A stretch of 64,000 bases of DNA from an uncultured Alphaproteobacteria bacterium (GTDB lineage Bacteria > Pseudomonadota > Alphaproteobacteria > GCA-002720895): NCBI GenBank assembly GCA_902607475.1, contig CACLKH010000001.1, forward strand, positions 17,094-81,093, given 5' to 3'. Shown piece by piece: positions 9,468 to 18,330 of this stretch. Numbering within the stretch: the first letter of the stretch is position 1; each line of letters begins with the position of its first letter. The notes beneath the pieces were generated by a model. It ran no database searches and was not told the DNA's origin. It saw only the letters and a list, made by a program, of their open reading frames with translations. The translations under genes and the position numbers were made by a program.

Positions 9468-11890
9468 TAATATAATCCGCCAAGACCTTGTATATCATTT
9501 TTTAATCTACCAGAGGTCTTTTCATTTATATAATCTTTTATTTGAGAATTTGAATTAAATGCTTCTAAAATTACTTCTTTATCATTTTTTTTTGCCAAAT
9601 CTCCAGTTTTTAAATTTATTTTAACCAATTTAGCTTTTGATGGAATTCTAAAAGGTGTGCCTTTCTCATTTTCTAGAGCCAAATACATAAAATCTCTAAA
9701 AATCGGCGATGCAACACTTGCTCCGGTTTCTCTAGGACCTAATGATTTTGGAGTGTCAAAACCAACATAAACACCAACAACTAAATCAGGTGAAAATCCA
9801 ATAAACCATGTATCATTACTATCATTTGTAGTTCCAGTTTTACCTGCAAGAGGTTTTTTGATAACAGAAACTTTTTTACCAGTACCTCTTAAAATAGCTC
9901 CTTCTAACATAGAAACAATTTGATAAGCATTTACGGGATCAATAATTTGTTCCTGACTATTAACAATTTTTGGTTCTAAAGTAGAATCTAGTTCTTCTAT
10001 TTTACAATTTATGCATAACCTATTATCATGTTTTTCAAGGGTTTCACCATTTCTATTTTGTACTCTATCAATTAAAGATGGTGATATTTTTTTACCTCCA
10101 TTTACTAATGTTGCGTATGCTACAGTTAATCTTTCAAGAGTTGTCTCTCCTGCTCCTAGAGCCATAGATAATACCGGATCAATATCATCGCTTATATTAA
10201 GTTTTTTTGCTTTATTAACAATTGATTCAATTCCAATCATTTGCGCTAAACGTATAGTCATTAAATTTCTAGATTTTTCTAAACCTAATCTCATTGTGCT
10301 CAATCCATAAAACTTATTTGTATAATTTGTAGGACTCCATTTTCCTAAATCAGCGCCTTGATCAATTACAAAAGGAGCATCTAAAATTTTTGTATTTGGC
10401 GTTAAGCCTTTTTCAAGAGCTGTTAAATATACAAATGGTTTAAATGCAGAACCAGGTTGTCTAAATGCTTGCGTTGCTCTATTAAATTCACTTTTGCTAA
10501 AACTAATACCACCAGAGACCGCAAAAATCCTTCCAGTATGAGGGTCTAAGGTTATTAAAGCACCGTTAACATCTGGAAATTGCCTAAGATTGTAAAGCGG
10601 CAATTGGCCATATTCAATAAAATCTTCTTTCTCATTCTTGTCTTCAACGTAAATTATATCGCCAGTAACTAAAACATCGTTTGGATGCTTGACTGGCGGA
10701 CCTAAATATTGATTTCTTCTCCATTGTCTTGCCCACTTTAAATCTTTTAAATTAATTCTTCCGTAACTATCATTATCAAAAAAAATATTAGCTCCTAAAT
10801 CATCAACATGTAGAACAATTGCAACTTTCCAATTTGGAAATGCTTCAGGAATAGCGATATTTGCTATATCTCTATTTAAATTTGTTTCTTTAATATTTAC
10901 ATTTGCTAATGGACCTCTCCAACCATGTCTTCTATCATAATTAATTAACCCAGATTTCAATGTCTTATCGGCTATTTTTTGTAAAGCAGGGTCCAATGAT
11001 GTTTTTACAGTAAGCCCACCTTTATACAATTTTTCTTCACCATATTTTTCTACTAATTCTTTTCTAACGTCTTCCAAAAAATATTGTGCTTCAACGGGTT
11101 TAAGTTCTTTTCTATTTACAGTTATTAATTCAGTATTTTTTGCTTTTAAAGCTTGTTCATTTGTAATAATTTTTTCTTGAAGTAATCTTTTTATTACCCA
11201 ATTTCTCCTAGCAATTGCAGCTTTTTTTTTTCTAATTGGATGGTAATTATTAGGAGCTTTGGGTAAAGCAGCAAGAAAAGCAGCTTCTGAAATTGTTAAT
11301 TCATTTAAAGACTTATTAAAATAATTTAAACTTGCTGCCGCTACTCCATAAGATCTGAATCCAAGATAAATTTGATTTAAATAAAGTTCAAGTATTCTAT
11401 TTTTATCTAAAATCTGTTCTATTCTCATTGCTAATAAAATTTCTTTGATTTTTCTTTTATATGACACTTCACGTGATAGAAAAAAATTCTTTGCAACTTG
11501 TTGAGTAATAGTTGATGCTCCCTCTGGTCTTCCTCCAATATTATTAATATTTCTTTTTGCAGCTCTAATGATACTTGTAAAATCAATACCAATATGATTA
11601 TAAAAATTTTTATCTTCAGCTGCTAAAAAGGAATTTATTACAATTTTAGGTACAGATTCTAACGGAACAAATGATCTTTGTTCAGCAGCATATTCTGATA
11701 TTAACCTTCCATTTGAAGCGTAAACTCTCGTAACCATTGGGGGTTCGTATTTAATTAATTGTTCATGGTCAGGTAAATCCAAAACAAAATGCCATATTAT
11801 AAACAATAAAAAAATAAATAGAGCAAATAACGAAATGAATACAGATGTAAATATCGTTATCAGTCTTTTAATAGATTCAGTAGTTTTCAT
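9467..11890 (-). CDS. mrcA: penicillin-binding protein 1A (bifunctional transglycosylase/transpeptidase)
   Basis: 807 aa. N-terminal TM. GT51 motifs (EDKNFYNHIGID, RKIKEILLAMRIEQ). Transpeptidase motifs SAFKP (SxxK) and KTGTT. Confidence 0.93.
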   Translation of the reverse strand: MKTTESIKRLITIFTSVFISLFALFIFLLFIIWHFVLDLPDHEQLIKYEPPMVTRVYASNGRLISEYAAEQRSFVPLESVPKIVINSFLAAEDKNFYNHIGIDFTSIIRAAKRNINNIGGRPEGASTITQQVAKNFFLSREVSYKRKIKEILLAMRIEQILDKNRILELYLNQIYLGFRSYGVAAASLNYFNKSLNELTISEAAFLAALPKAPNNYHPIRKKKAAIARRNWVIKRLLQEKIITNEQALKAKNTELITVNRKELKPVEAQYFLEDVRKELVEKYGEEKLYKGGLTVKTSLDPALQKIADKTLKSGLINYDRRHGWRGPLANVNIKETNLNRDIANIAIPEAFPNWKVAIVLHVDDLGANIFFDNDSYGRINLKDLKWARQWRRNQYLGPPVKHPNDVLVTGDIIYVEDKNEKEDFIEYGQLPLYNLRQFPDVNGALITLDPHTGRIFAVSGGISFSKSEFNRATQAFRQPGSAFKPFVYLTALEKGLTPNTKILDAPFVIDQGADLGKWSPTNYTNKFYGLSTMRLGLEKSRNLMTIRLAQMIGIESIVNKAKKLNISDDIDPVLSMALGAGETTLERLTVAYATLVNGGKKISPSLIDRVQNRNGETLEKHDNRLCINCKIEELDSTLEPKIVNSQEQIIDPVNAYQIVSMLEGAILRGTGKKVSVIKKPLAGKTGTTNDSNDTWFIGFSPDLVVGVYVGFDTPKSLGPRETGASVASPIFRDFMYLALENEKGTPFRIPSKAKLVKINLKTGDLAKKNDKEVILEAFNSNSQIKDYINEKTSGRLKNDIQGLGGLY

Positions 11891-12125
11891 TAACTTTTAT
11901 ATTTAAAAAAATTTATTAATTTTTTTTTCTTTTATTTTTGTTAAAGTGTTATTATATCATTTTATATATGTGTTATTTTAAAAACGAACTTAAACATAAT
12001 TTATTCATGCAAAAGTTACATTTAACATATTTTAAATTATTAATAAAAAAAAAATCAAATTTATTTTTAAATAATTTGATGCAAATTTTAATATATCAAA
12101 GAATTTTTTATAGGATTTTATTACA

Positions 12126-13892
12126 ATGGACAAAAGAATTGTTGTTGATTCTTCTTTTACCGAAGAAACTAGAGTTGCATTTATTAACGGATCAGAAATC
12201 GAACATTTTGAAGTTGATACATCTTCAAACAAGAAACAGTTAAAAGGAAATGTATATTTAGCAAAAATTAGTAGAGTTGAGCCTTCTCTCCAAGCAGCAT
12301 TTATAAATTACGGCGGAAATAAACAAGGATTTCTTCCCTTTAGTGAAATTAATAATGATTATTTTAAAATACCTAAAGCAGATAAAAAAAATAAAAAAAA
12401 TGATGATGATTTTATTGTAAAAGATTTCTATAAAGATAGTTACGAAAATAGAACAAAAAAATCTCCAAGAATACCTAATTTTAAAAAATATAAAATTCAA
12501 GAAGTAATAAAAAAAAATCAAATAATGCTAGTACAAATAGTGAAAGATGAAAGAGGTAATAAAGGAGCTGCGTTAACTACTTTTATAAGTATTGCTGGTA
12601 AATATTGTGTTTTAATGCCCAATAAGCCATTAGGTATAAAAATTTCAAAAAAAATAAGTGATTTTAATGAAAGAAAAAAACTAACGCAAATTGCTAATAA
12701 ATGTAAATTAACAAAAGAAATGGGCTTAATTGTTCGAACAGCTAGTAGAGATTGTAATGAAAATAATTTAAAAAAAGACTTCGATTATGTTCTAGGAATT
12801 TGGAGATCAATAAAAGAAAAAACAATAAATTCCCTAGCCCCAACAATTATAAATGAAGATTCTAACATTGTTAATAAATTTATAAGAGATAGTTTTATCG
12901 AGGAATATAAAGAAATTCTTATTGAGGGGGAAGAAACATATGAACAAGCAAAAAAATATATGAAAACTTTGTTGCCTGAGCAAGAAAAAAAAATAAAAGA
13001 GTATAAAAATACAAAATTACCAATTATGGAATATTATGATTTAGAAAATAAGATAAATTCAATTTATGATACAAAAGTTAGGTTAAAATCTGGTGGATAT
13101 ATAATAATTAATTCTACTGAGGCTTTAACGGCAATTGATATAAATTCTGGCCAATCGACAACAGAAAGAAATGTTGAGCAAACAGCTTTAAAAACAAATA
13201 TAGAAGCAGTAGATGAAATTTGTAAACAAATAAGAATAAGAAATATTGCAGGTTTAATTGTTGTTGATTTTATAGATATGGAATATATAAGAAATAAAAT
13301 TATTATTGAAAGAAGATTAAAAGAAACACTTAGATATGATAGAGCTAAATGTCAAATATCAAGAATAAGTAAATTTGGTTTATTAGAATTATCTAGACAA
13401 AGAATAGGCCCTAGTTTAGAAGAAACAACTATGGAGGAAGGGATAATTTCTGGTATTAGATGTACTATAAGATCTACAACATCATCTGTTGCTAAAATAC
13501 TAAGAAAATTAAAATATTTAAAGTTTGAAAAAAAAATAAAAGAACTAACTATTCATCTTTATGAAACGTTGTATGAATATATAATTAATAATAATAAAAA
13601 TTTGATCAAAGATTTTGAAAAAGAATTAAAAACAAAAATAGTTTTAATTAAAGATAATAATATTGCACCTCCTTTTTTTGTTTTAAAAACAAATGAAACT
13701 AATAAAAATAAATCTTCAATTATATATGATGATATTCCAAAATTATTGAGTGAAGAAGAAATTAATGAAAATAAAAAAAATAAAAAGATAGAAAAAAAAG
13801 CAACTATAACAAATAAAAAAAAAGTAGAAACAGAAAAAAAAATAGTGAGAAAAAAAGAATCGGTTGATGAAATTAGTACTTTAGCTAAATAA
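12126..13892 (+). CDS. rne: ribonuclease E/G family endoribonuclease (compact RNase E)
   Basis: 588 aa. S1 domain (GNVYLAKISRVEPSLQAAFINYG) interrupted by a basic insertion. Catalytic-core motifs TAIDINSG and GLIVVDFIDM. Lys-rich C-terminal tail. Confidence 0.85.
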   Translation: MDKRIVVDSSFTEETRVAFINGSEIEHFEVDTSSNKKQLKGNVYLAKISRVEPSLQAAFINYGGNKQGFLPFSEINNDYFKIPKADKKNKKNDDDFIVKDFYKDSYENRTKKSPRIPNFKKYKIQEVIKKNQIMLVQIVKDERGNKGAALTTFISIAGKYCVLMPNKPLGIKISKKISDFNERKKLTQIANKCKLTKEMGLIVRTASRDCNENNLKKDFDYVLGIWRSIKEKTINSLAPTIINEDSNIVNKFIRDSFIEEYKEILIEGEETYEQAKKYMKTLLPEQEKKIKEYKNTKLPIMEYYDLENKINSIYDTKVRLKSGGYIIINSTEALTAIDINSGQSTTERNVEQTALKTNIEAVDEICKQIRIRNIAGLIVVDFIDMEYIRNKIIIERRLKETLRYDRAKCQISRISKFGLLELSRQRIGPSLEETTMEEGIISGIRCTIRSTTSSVAKILRKLKYLKFEKKIKELTIHLYETLYEYIINNNKNLIKDFEKELKTKIVLIKDNNIAPPFFVLKTNETNKNKSSIIYDDIPKLLSEEEINENKKNKKIEKKATITNKKKVETEKKIVRKKESVDEISTLAK

Positions 13893-13897
13893 AAAAA

Positions 13898-14251
13898 TTA
13901 AATTTTCATTTTTTTTCTAATTTTAGTTGCAGATATCTCTTCTATTTCTTTAGATAATTCAATTTGTTCTACTTTCCAACCTACACCTCTGCCATAACAA
14001 ACATTTGTAATATTTGGAACTTTAATAACTTCAAATTTTCCTTCATATTCTTTTAGATTGTTTTCAATATTTTTTTTAACAGTATTAAAATTAAATGGAT
14101 TAGAATCATCTGTGCCACTTGTATCTCTTATCATTATGATAACCTGCCCAGTTCTTTTAAGTATCTCCTTAAATAACGCTTTATGTCCATCATGAAAAGG
14201 TTGGTATCTTCCTAACATAGATGCAGTAGGTTTTTTCCAGTTAATAGTCAT
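13898..14251 (-). CDS. small nucleotidyltransferase of the HxGH / ISxTxxR (cytidylyltransferase/NMNAT-like) superfamily; substrate unknown
   Basis: 117 aa. Carries GRYQPFHDGH and ISATKIR, the two signature motifs of the nucleotidylyltransferase alpha/beta-phosphodiesterase fold. Overlaps the upstream kinase-like gene by 11 nt. Confidence 0.7.
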   Translation of the reverse strand: MTINWKKPTASMLGRYQPFHDGHKALFKEILKRTGQVIIMIRDTSGTDDSNPFNFNTVKKNIENNLKEYEGKFEVIKVPNITNVCYGRGVGWKVEQIELSKEIEEISATKIRKKMKI

Positions 14252-14747
14252 TATTAATCATCCTTTCTTTTATATAATTAGACCAATATTTAGCATTTTT
14301 TGTTGTAATTCTAAAATGAAATTTTTTTGGTTTTTGGAAAATTTTATTTGTATTTTCAAATCTACCTTTTTTTTCTGTATCCATCCAAATAATAATATCA
14401 GGCTTTAGTATTTTTCTTGTTTCATCTAAAGGACAAACAAAATCAGCAAGAGGACTAATTTTTTCTAAATAAATATAGTCAGAAAATCTTTTCATTCTAT
14501 CTGCTTGTCTTATTCGTCCTTCTTTAGAAAAGTCCCAGTCATTAAAATGTTTTCTTATTTCATCTGCATTAAGATGAATAATTGGTATTATTTTTTTTAA
14601 TTCAGTCGACAAACGTGTTTTTCCTGAACCCGGCAGGCCCATAACTAATATTTTTTTAGGTAAAAGGTTTATTTCTTTATTTTTGAATAAAACCCTTTTT
14701 TCAATTTTATTATTTATAAAGTTTTTTTCGTTTTCTAAAATTATCAT
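14241..14747 (-). CDS. adenylylsulfate (APS) kinase-like P-loop protein, divergent
   Basis: 168 aa. P-loop GLPGSGKT. LNADEIRKHFNDWDFSKEGRIRQADR and FVCP align with APS-kinase motifs LDGDNxRxGLxxDLGFSxxDRxENIRR and FISP, with substitutions. Confidence 0.65.
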   Translation of the reverse strand: MIILENEKNFINNKIEKRVLFKNKEINLLPKKILVMGLPGSGKTRLSTELKKIIPIIHLNADEIRKHFNDWDFSKEGRIRQADRMKRFSDYIYLEKISPLADFVCPLDETRKILKPDIIIWMDTEKKGRFENTNKIFQKPKKFHFRITTKNAKYWSNYIKERMINNDY

Positions 14748-14759
14748 ATCTTTTCTTTA

Positions 14760-15032
14760 TTATTTTTTTTTGTTTTTATTAAATATATATTTTTTTAAAT
14801 TTTTCAATTTTTTAGATTTATTCATGCGTTTTCCCCACAAAATATAATTCCATCCTCTTTCATGAAAATAATATAAAAATGTTTTAGTTAATACTTCAAA
14901 CATAGCTATTGTTCCCGCCCAAGAAGGTTTTCCTGTTACAAACCATGCAATAATAAAAGTATCTAAACTTGCAAGCACCCTCCAAGTTATAGATTTTATT
15001 AATGATCTTTTTCTAGAAACTGTATATAACAT
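14760..15032 (-). CDS. DUF2061-like small membrane protein
   Basis: 90 aa with two hydrophobic helices. Motifs KSITWRV ... YYFHERGW match my recollection of DUF2061. Lys-rich tail. Confidence 0.6.
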   Translation of the reverse strand: MLYTVSRKRSLIKSITWRVLASLDTFIIAWFVTGKPSWAGTIAMFEVLTKTFLYYFHERGWNYILWGKRMNKSKKLKNLKKYIFNKNKKK

Positions 15033-15044
15033 ATTTTTTTTTCA

Positions 15045-15764
15045 TTAAATTGTTGGAAAATATTTTTTATCTTCTTTTTCATTTACATGTATTCCGCATT
15101 CACTCTTCAATGAATCAGACCATCTTCCATCTCTAATTGAATCCTTAGTTTTGCTTGTACATGGTTGGCAACCAATTGATTTATAACCTTCAGCAACTAT
15201 GGGGTGTTCTGGTAAATTATTACTAGTCATATAATTTTTAATTTTATTCAATGGCCAATCTGATAAAGGGTTAATTTTTATTAATCCATTAATCATTTCA
15301 ATTTTTTTTAATTTTGACCTGTTAGAGCCATGGAATCTTTTCCTGCCATTTATCCATGCATCATAGTTTTTCATTGACACTCTTAAAGGTATAACTTTTC
15401 TAATATGACAACACAAATTTGGATTAGTTTTATGTAGTTTTCCATTTGGATCATATTTTTTTAAATGATCTTGATTTGGTTTAAATATTTTAATATTAGT
15501 TAAATTTAATTTTTTCCTTATAGTATTTAAATATTTCAACGTTTCAGGAAAAAGTTTTTCTGTATTTAAAAAAATAATAGGAATGTTTTTACTAACTCGA
15601 GATACTAAATGTAAAATTACAGCACTTTCTGCTCCAAACGATGATGTTACTGCTATTTTTTTATAAAAAATATCTTTTATCATAATTCTTAGAAGTTTCT
15701 CAGAATTTAAATTAGAATATTTTTTATAAAAATTTTGAAAATCAAAATTATTGTACTTTATCAT
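15045..15764 (-). CDS. cysH: adenylylsulfate (APS) reductase, thioredoxin-dependent CysH family with Fe-S cysteine signature
   Basis: 239 aa. PP-loop-like SSFGAES, C-terminal catalytic ECGIH. Also the CC (NLCCHIRKVIPL) and CxxC (SIGCQPCT) pairs that mark [4Fe-4S] APS reductases rather than PAPS reductases. Confidence 0.88.
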   Translation of the reverse strand: MIKYNNFDFQNFYKKYSNLNSEKLLRIMIKDIFYKKIAVTSSFGAESAVILHLVSRVSKNIPIIFLNTEKLFPETLKYLNTIRKKLNLTNIKIFKPNQDHLKKYDPNGKLHKTNPNLCCHIRKVIPLRVSMKNYDAWINGRKRFHGSNRSKLKKIEMINGLIKINPLSDWPLNKIKNYMTSNNLPEHPIVAEGYKSIGCQPCTSKTKDSIRDGRWSDSLKSECGIHVNEKEDKKYFPTI

Positions 15765-17448
15765 CTAATACCTCTTTTATTTTTTTAAATTGTGCTTCTG
15801 TGCCAATTCTGTTACAAAAATCACCAAGCATTTCATTATTTTTTCTTTGTTCCTTAAATAACAACAATATTTGTTCTATAGCTTTTGTTAAATCTTGGTA
15901 AGAAACTTTATCCAAAATCTTTTTATTTAATCTTGTTCCTTCAAAATCACCACCTGAAAATAAAGCATAAAGATTTGGAGCCCTTCCAACAATACCTATA
16001 TCTCCAGCGTATGGCCTAGCGCAACCATTTGGGCAACCTGTAATTCTAATACTGAATTTTTCATCTTGTAAATTATGTTTTAATAAAATTTCATCAACTT
16101 TTCTTATTATTTCATCCCTTACCCTTTCTGCTTCAGATAATGCAAGTCCACATGTTGGTAGCGCTGGACAAGCTAGAAACCAACGGTCTACTTTAGATAT
16201 CTTTTTTTTGACAATTGAATATTGTTCTAATAACTGATCTATAATATTTTTATCTTTTTCATTTATATTCCCAAGAATAATATTTTGATCAGTTGATAAT
16301 GTTATTGAAGGATTAAATTTTTTTATTATATCTCTTAAGCCAGTTTTAATTTTTTTATTTTTATTATCTATAATACGACCTGAAGAAATAAATATTCCGG
16401 TGTACCATTTTCCATCACCTTGTTCGTGCCAACCAAGATGGTCTACAACTTTTAAATTATTTAATTTTAAAGGATTATCAAAATTTTTATTTAATTTATA
16501 TTCTATTAATCTTTTAAACCATTTGGTTCCTTCTTCTGCAACTAGATACTTTAAACGGGCATGTTTTCTATTTTTTCTATCACCATAATCTCTTTGAATT
16601 TTTACTATTTGCTCAAGAACTTGAATTAAATCTGATGGGTTACAAAATAATAAGGGCTTCGCTAAGTACGGAAAGGTTTCCGGCTTATTGTGAGTCATAC
16701 CCAACCCACCACCAATTGCAATGTTATAACCTAATAATTTATTATTTTTAAAAATTAAAAAAATAGCAATATCATTTGTCAAAACATCTACTGAATTATC
16801 CCCAGGTATAGTTATCCCAATTTTAAACTTCCTTGGTAAATAAAGTTTACCGTAAATAGGTTCTTTTTTTTCTTTATCTGAATATTCGTACTTATCTCCA
16901 TTTATCCAAATTTGCCCGTAGCTTGTACTAGAAGGAAGAAAATGTGATGAAATTTTTAATGCATCTTGTCTAAGTTGTTTATGGATTTGGTCATTAATAG
17001 GCGCGGCAATTGTTGTAACATTTCTAACAACATCTCCGCATGCTCCATAAGTTGATAAAAGTATTGTTGAAACAGTGTTTATAATTTTTTTTAAATTTCC
17101 TTTTAATACTCCATGAAATTGAATAGTTTGTCTGGTTGTAATTCTTAAAGAAGGATCTGAAAACTTATTTGTTAAATCATCCAACTCAATATATTGTTTA
17201 GAAGTTAACAATCCAGCAGGAATTTTTGTTCTAATCATAAAATAAAATTCTTTTTCTAGTCCTTTTTGTTTCAATTCTGTTGCGGTATCTCTATTATACT
17301 GTTGGTATGTCCCATGAAATTTAAGCAACTGAACTTCATTTTCTTCAAAATAAGGATTTGAATTTTGTAATTGTGACCCTATTTTCCCAGCTAAATAGTC
17401 ACTATCATTTTTAGTTTGTTCAACTTTAGATAAAATTGTGCTGTTCAT
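15748..17448 (-). CDS. cysI: assimilatory sulfite reductase haemoprotein (sirohaem/[4Fe-4S])
   Basis: 566 aa. Two nitrite/sulfite-reductase repeats. Cluster/sirohaem cysteines ACPALPTCGLA and TGCPNGCARP. Overlaps cobA (23 nt) and cysH (17 nt). Confidence 0.9.
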   Translation of the reverse strand: MNSTILSKVEQTKNDSDYLAGKIGSQLQNSNPYFEENEVQLLKFHGTYQQYNRDTATELKQKGLEKEFYFMIRTKIPAGLLTSKQYIELDDLTNKFSDPSLRITTRQTIQFHGVLKGNLKKIINTVSTILLSTYGACGDVVRNVTTIAAPINDQIHKQLRQDALKISSHFLPSSTSYGQIWINGDKYEYSDKEKKEPIYGKLYLPRKFKIGITIPGDNSVDVLTNDIAIFLIFKNNKLLGYNIAIGGGLGMTHNKPETFPYLAKPLLFCNPSDLIQVLEQIVKIQRDYGDRKNRKHARLKYLVAEEGTKWFKRLIEYKLNKNFDNPLKLNNLKVVDHLGWHEQGDGKWYTGIFISSGRIIDNKNKKIKTGLRDIIKKFNPSITLSTDQNIILGNINEKDKNIIDQLLEQYSIVKKKISKVDRWFLACPALPTCGLALSEAERVRDEIIRKVDEILLKHNLQDEKFSIRITGCPNGCARPYAGDIGIVGRAPNLYALFSGGDFEGTRLNKKILDKVSYQDLTKAIEQILLLFKEQRKNNEMLGDFCNRIGTEAQFKKIKEVLDDKVQ

Positions 17449-18259
17449 ATTTTTTTTTATTTTGTTTTAAAAAATTTATATCTTCTTTATTTGTTACATA
17501 CCAATTTAATATTGGACTCAACAAAACATTTTTACCAATCACAAGTAAAGCAGGGCTATCAATTATATTTTTATCAAAATTTTTAGAATAGTTTTCCAAT
17601 GTACTAATTAAAATTTTTTGATCTTTTCTTGTTGCATTTGAAATAATGGCAATATTTTCATACCTGTCTCTACCTCTTTTGATAAGTTCAGAACATACCC
17701 AATTTATTCTCTCTAATCCCATATAAATTACTATTAACTGAGACGTTTTGGTAAAACTAGTCCAATCAACAGTTTCGGGTTTTTCGCCACCTGCTCCGTA
17801 AGCAGAAATAAATGTAATTGAAGTATTGAAATCTCTATGTGTTGCTGGAATACCTGCATAAGCTAAGCCGGCTATTCCAGCTGTTGTTCCTGGAACAACT
17901 TTATAAGGAATTTTGTTTAATTTCAAAGATAATGCTTCTTCGCCTCCTCTACCAAATATAAAAGGATCACCCCCTTTGAGCCTAAGAACTCTTTTATTTT
18001 TTTTTGCTTCATTAATTAATAATTTATTAATTTCTAATTGGTTTATTGATTTTTTATTACCTCTTTTACCTACATAAACTAATTGAACGTTAGGTTTTGC
18101 CAAAGATAAAATTTGTTCATTTAATAAAGCATCGTAAAAAATTATATCGGCCTTTTTTATTGATTTATATGCTAATAATGTAAGTAAGCCTGGATCGCCA
18201 GGACCAGCTCCAACTAACCAAACACTTCCTCTATCAAACCTAGAATCAAAAAGTTGCAT
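17426..18259 (-). CDS. cobA: uroporphyrinogen-III C-methyltransferase (SUMT)
   Basis: 277 aa. VWLVGAGPGDPGLLT, RLKGGDPFIFGRGGEE and VVPGTTAG motifs of CobA / the CysG C-terminal domain. Confidence 0.9.
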   Translation of the reverse strand: MQLFDSRFDRGSVWLVGAGPGDPGLLTLLAYKSIKKADIIFYDALLNEQILSLAKPNVQLVYVGKRGNKKSINQLEINKLLINEAKKNKRVLRLKGGDPFIFGRGGEEALSLKLNKIPYKVVPGTTAGIAGLAYAGIPATHRDFNTSITFISAYGAGGEKPETVDWTSFTKTSQLIVIYMGLERINWVCSELIKRGRDRYENIAIISNATRKDQKILISTLENYSKNFDKNIIDSPALLVIGKNVLLSPILNWYVTNKEDINFLKQNKKKYEQHNFI

Positions 18260-18330
18260 ATATAATAAATTATCAACAAAACTTGGTAAATCAACTTTTT
18301 TTTTGTGAATTATTTTATTTTACATATTTT

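Noticed and set aside
12054-12080. A 27-nt AT-only palindrome (ATCAAATT...AATTTGAT) in the rne leader.
   Set aside because: The 8-bp stem is almost all A-T with an internal mismatch loop. Such palindromes are expected by chance in this composition.
11938-12521. Track ORFs 11938-12243 (+), 12032-12232 (-) and 12258-12521 (-) around the rne start.
   Set aside because: Their sequences are highly repetitive and hydrophobic (I/L/F/K/Y) with no motifs. They overlap the rne leader or coding region and are consistent with chance ORFs in >75% AT DNA.
18260-18330. A candidate promoter for cobA-cysIH in the 71-nt cbiX-cobA gap (minus-strand TTGATT at 18294-18289, TAATTT about 16 nt downstream).
   Set aside because: The -10 is weak (3/6 match) and would imply a nearly leaderless transcript. 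It cannot be distinguished from background AT-rich sequence without mapping data.
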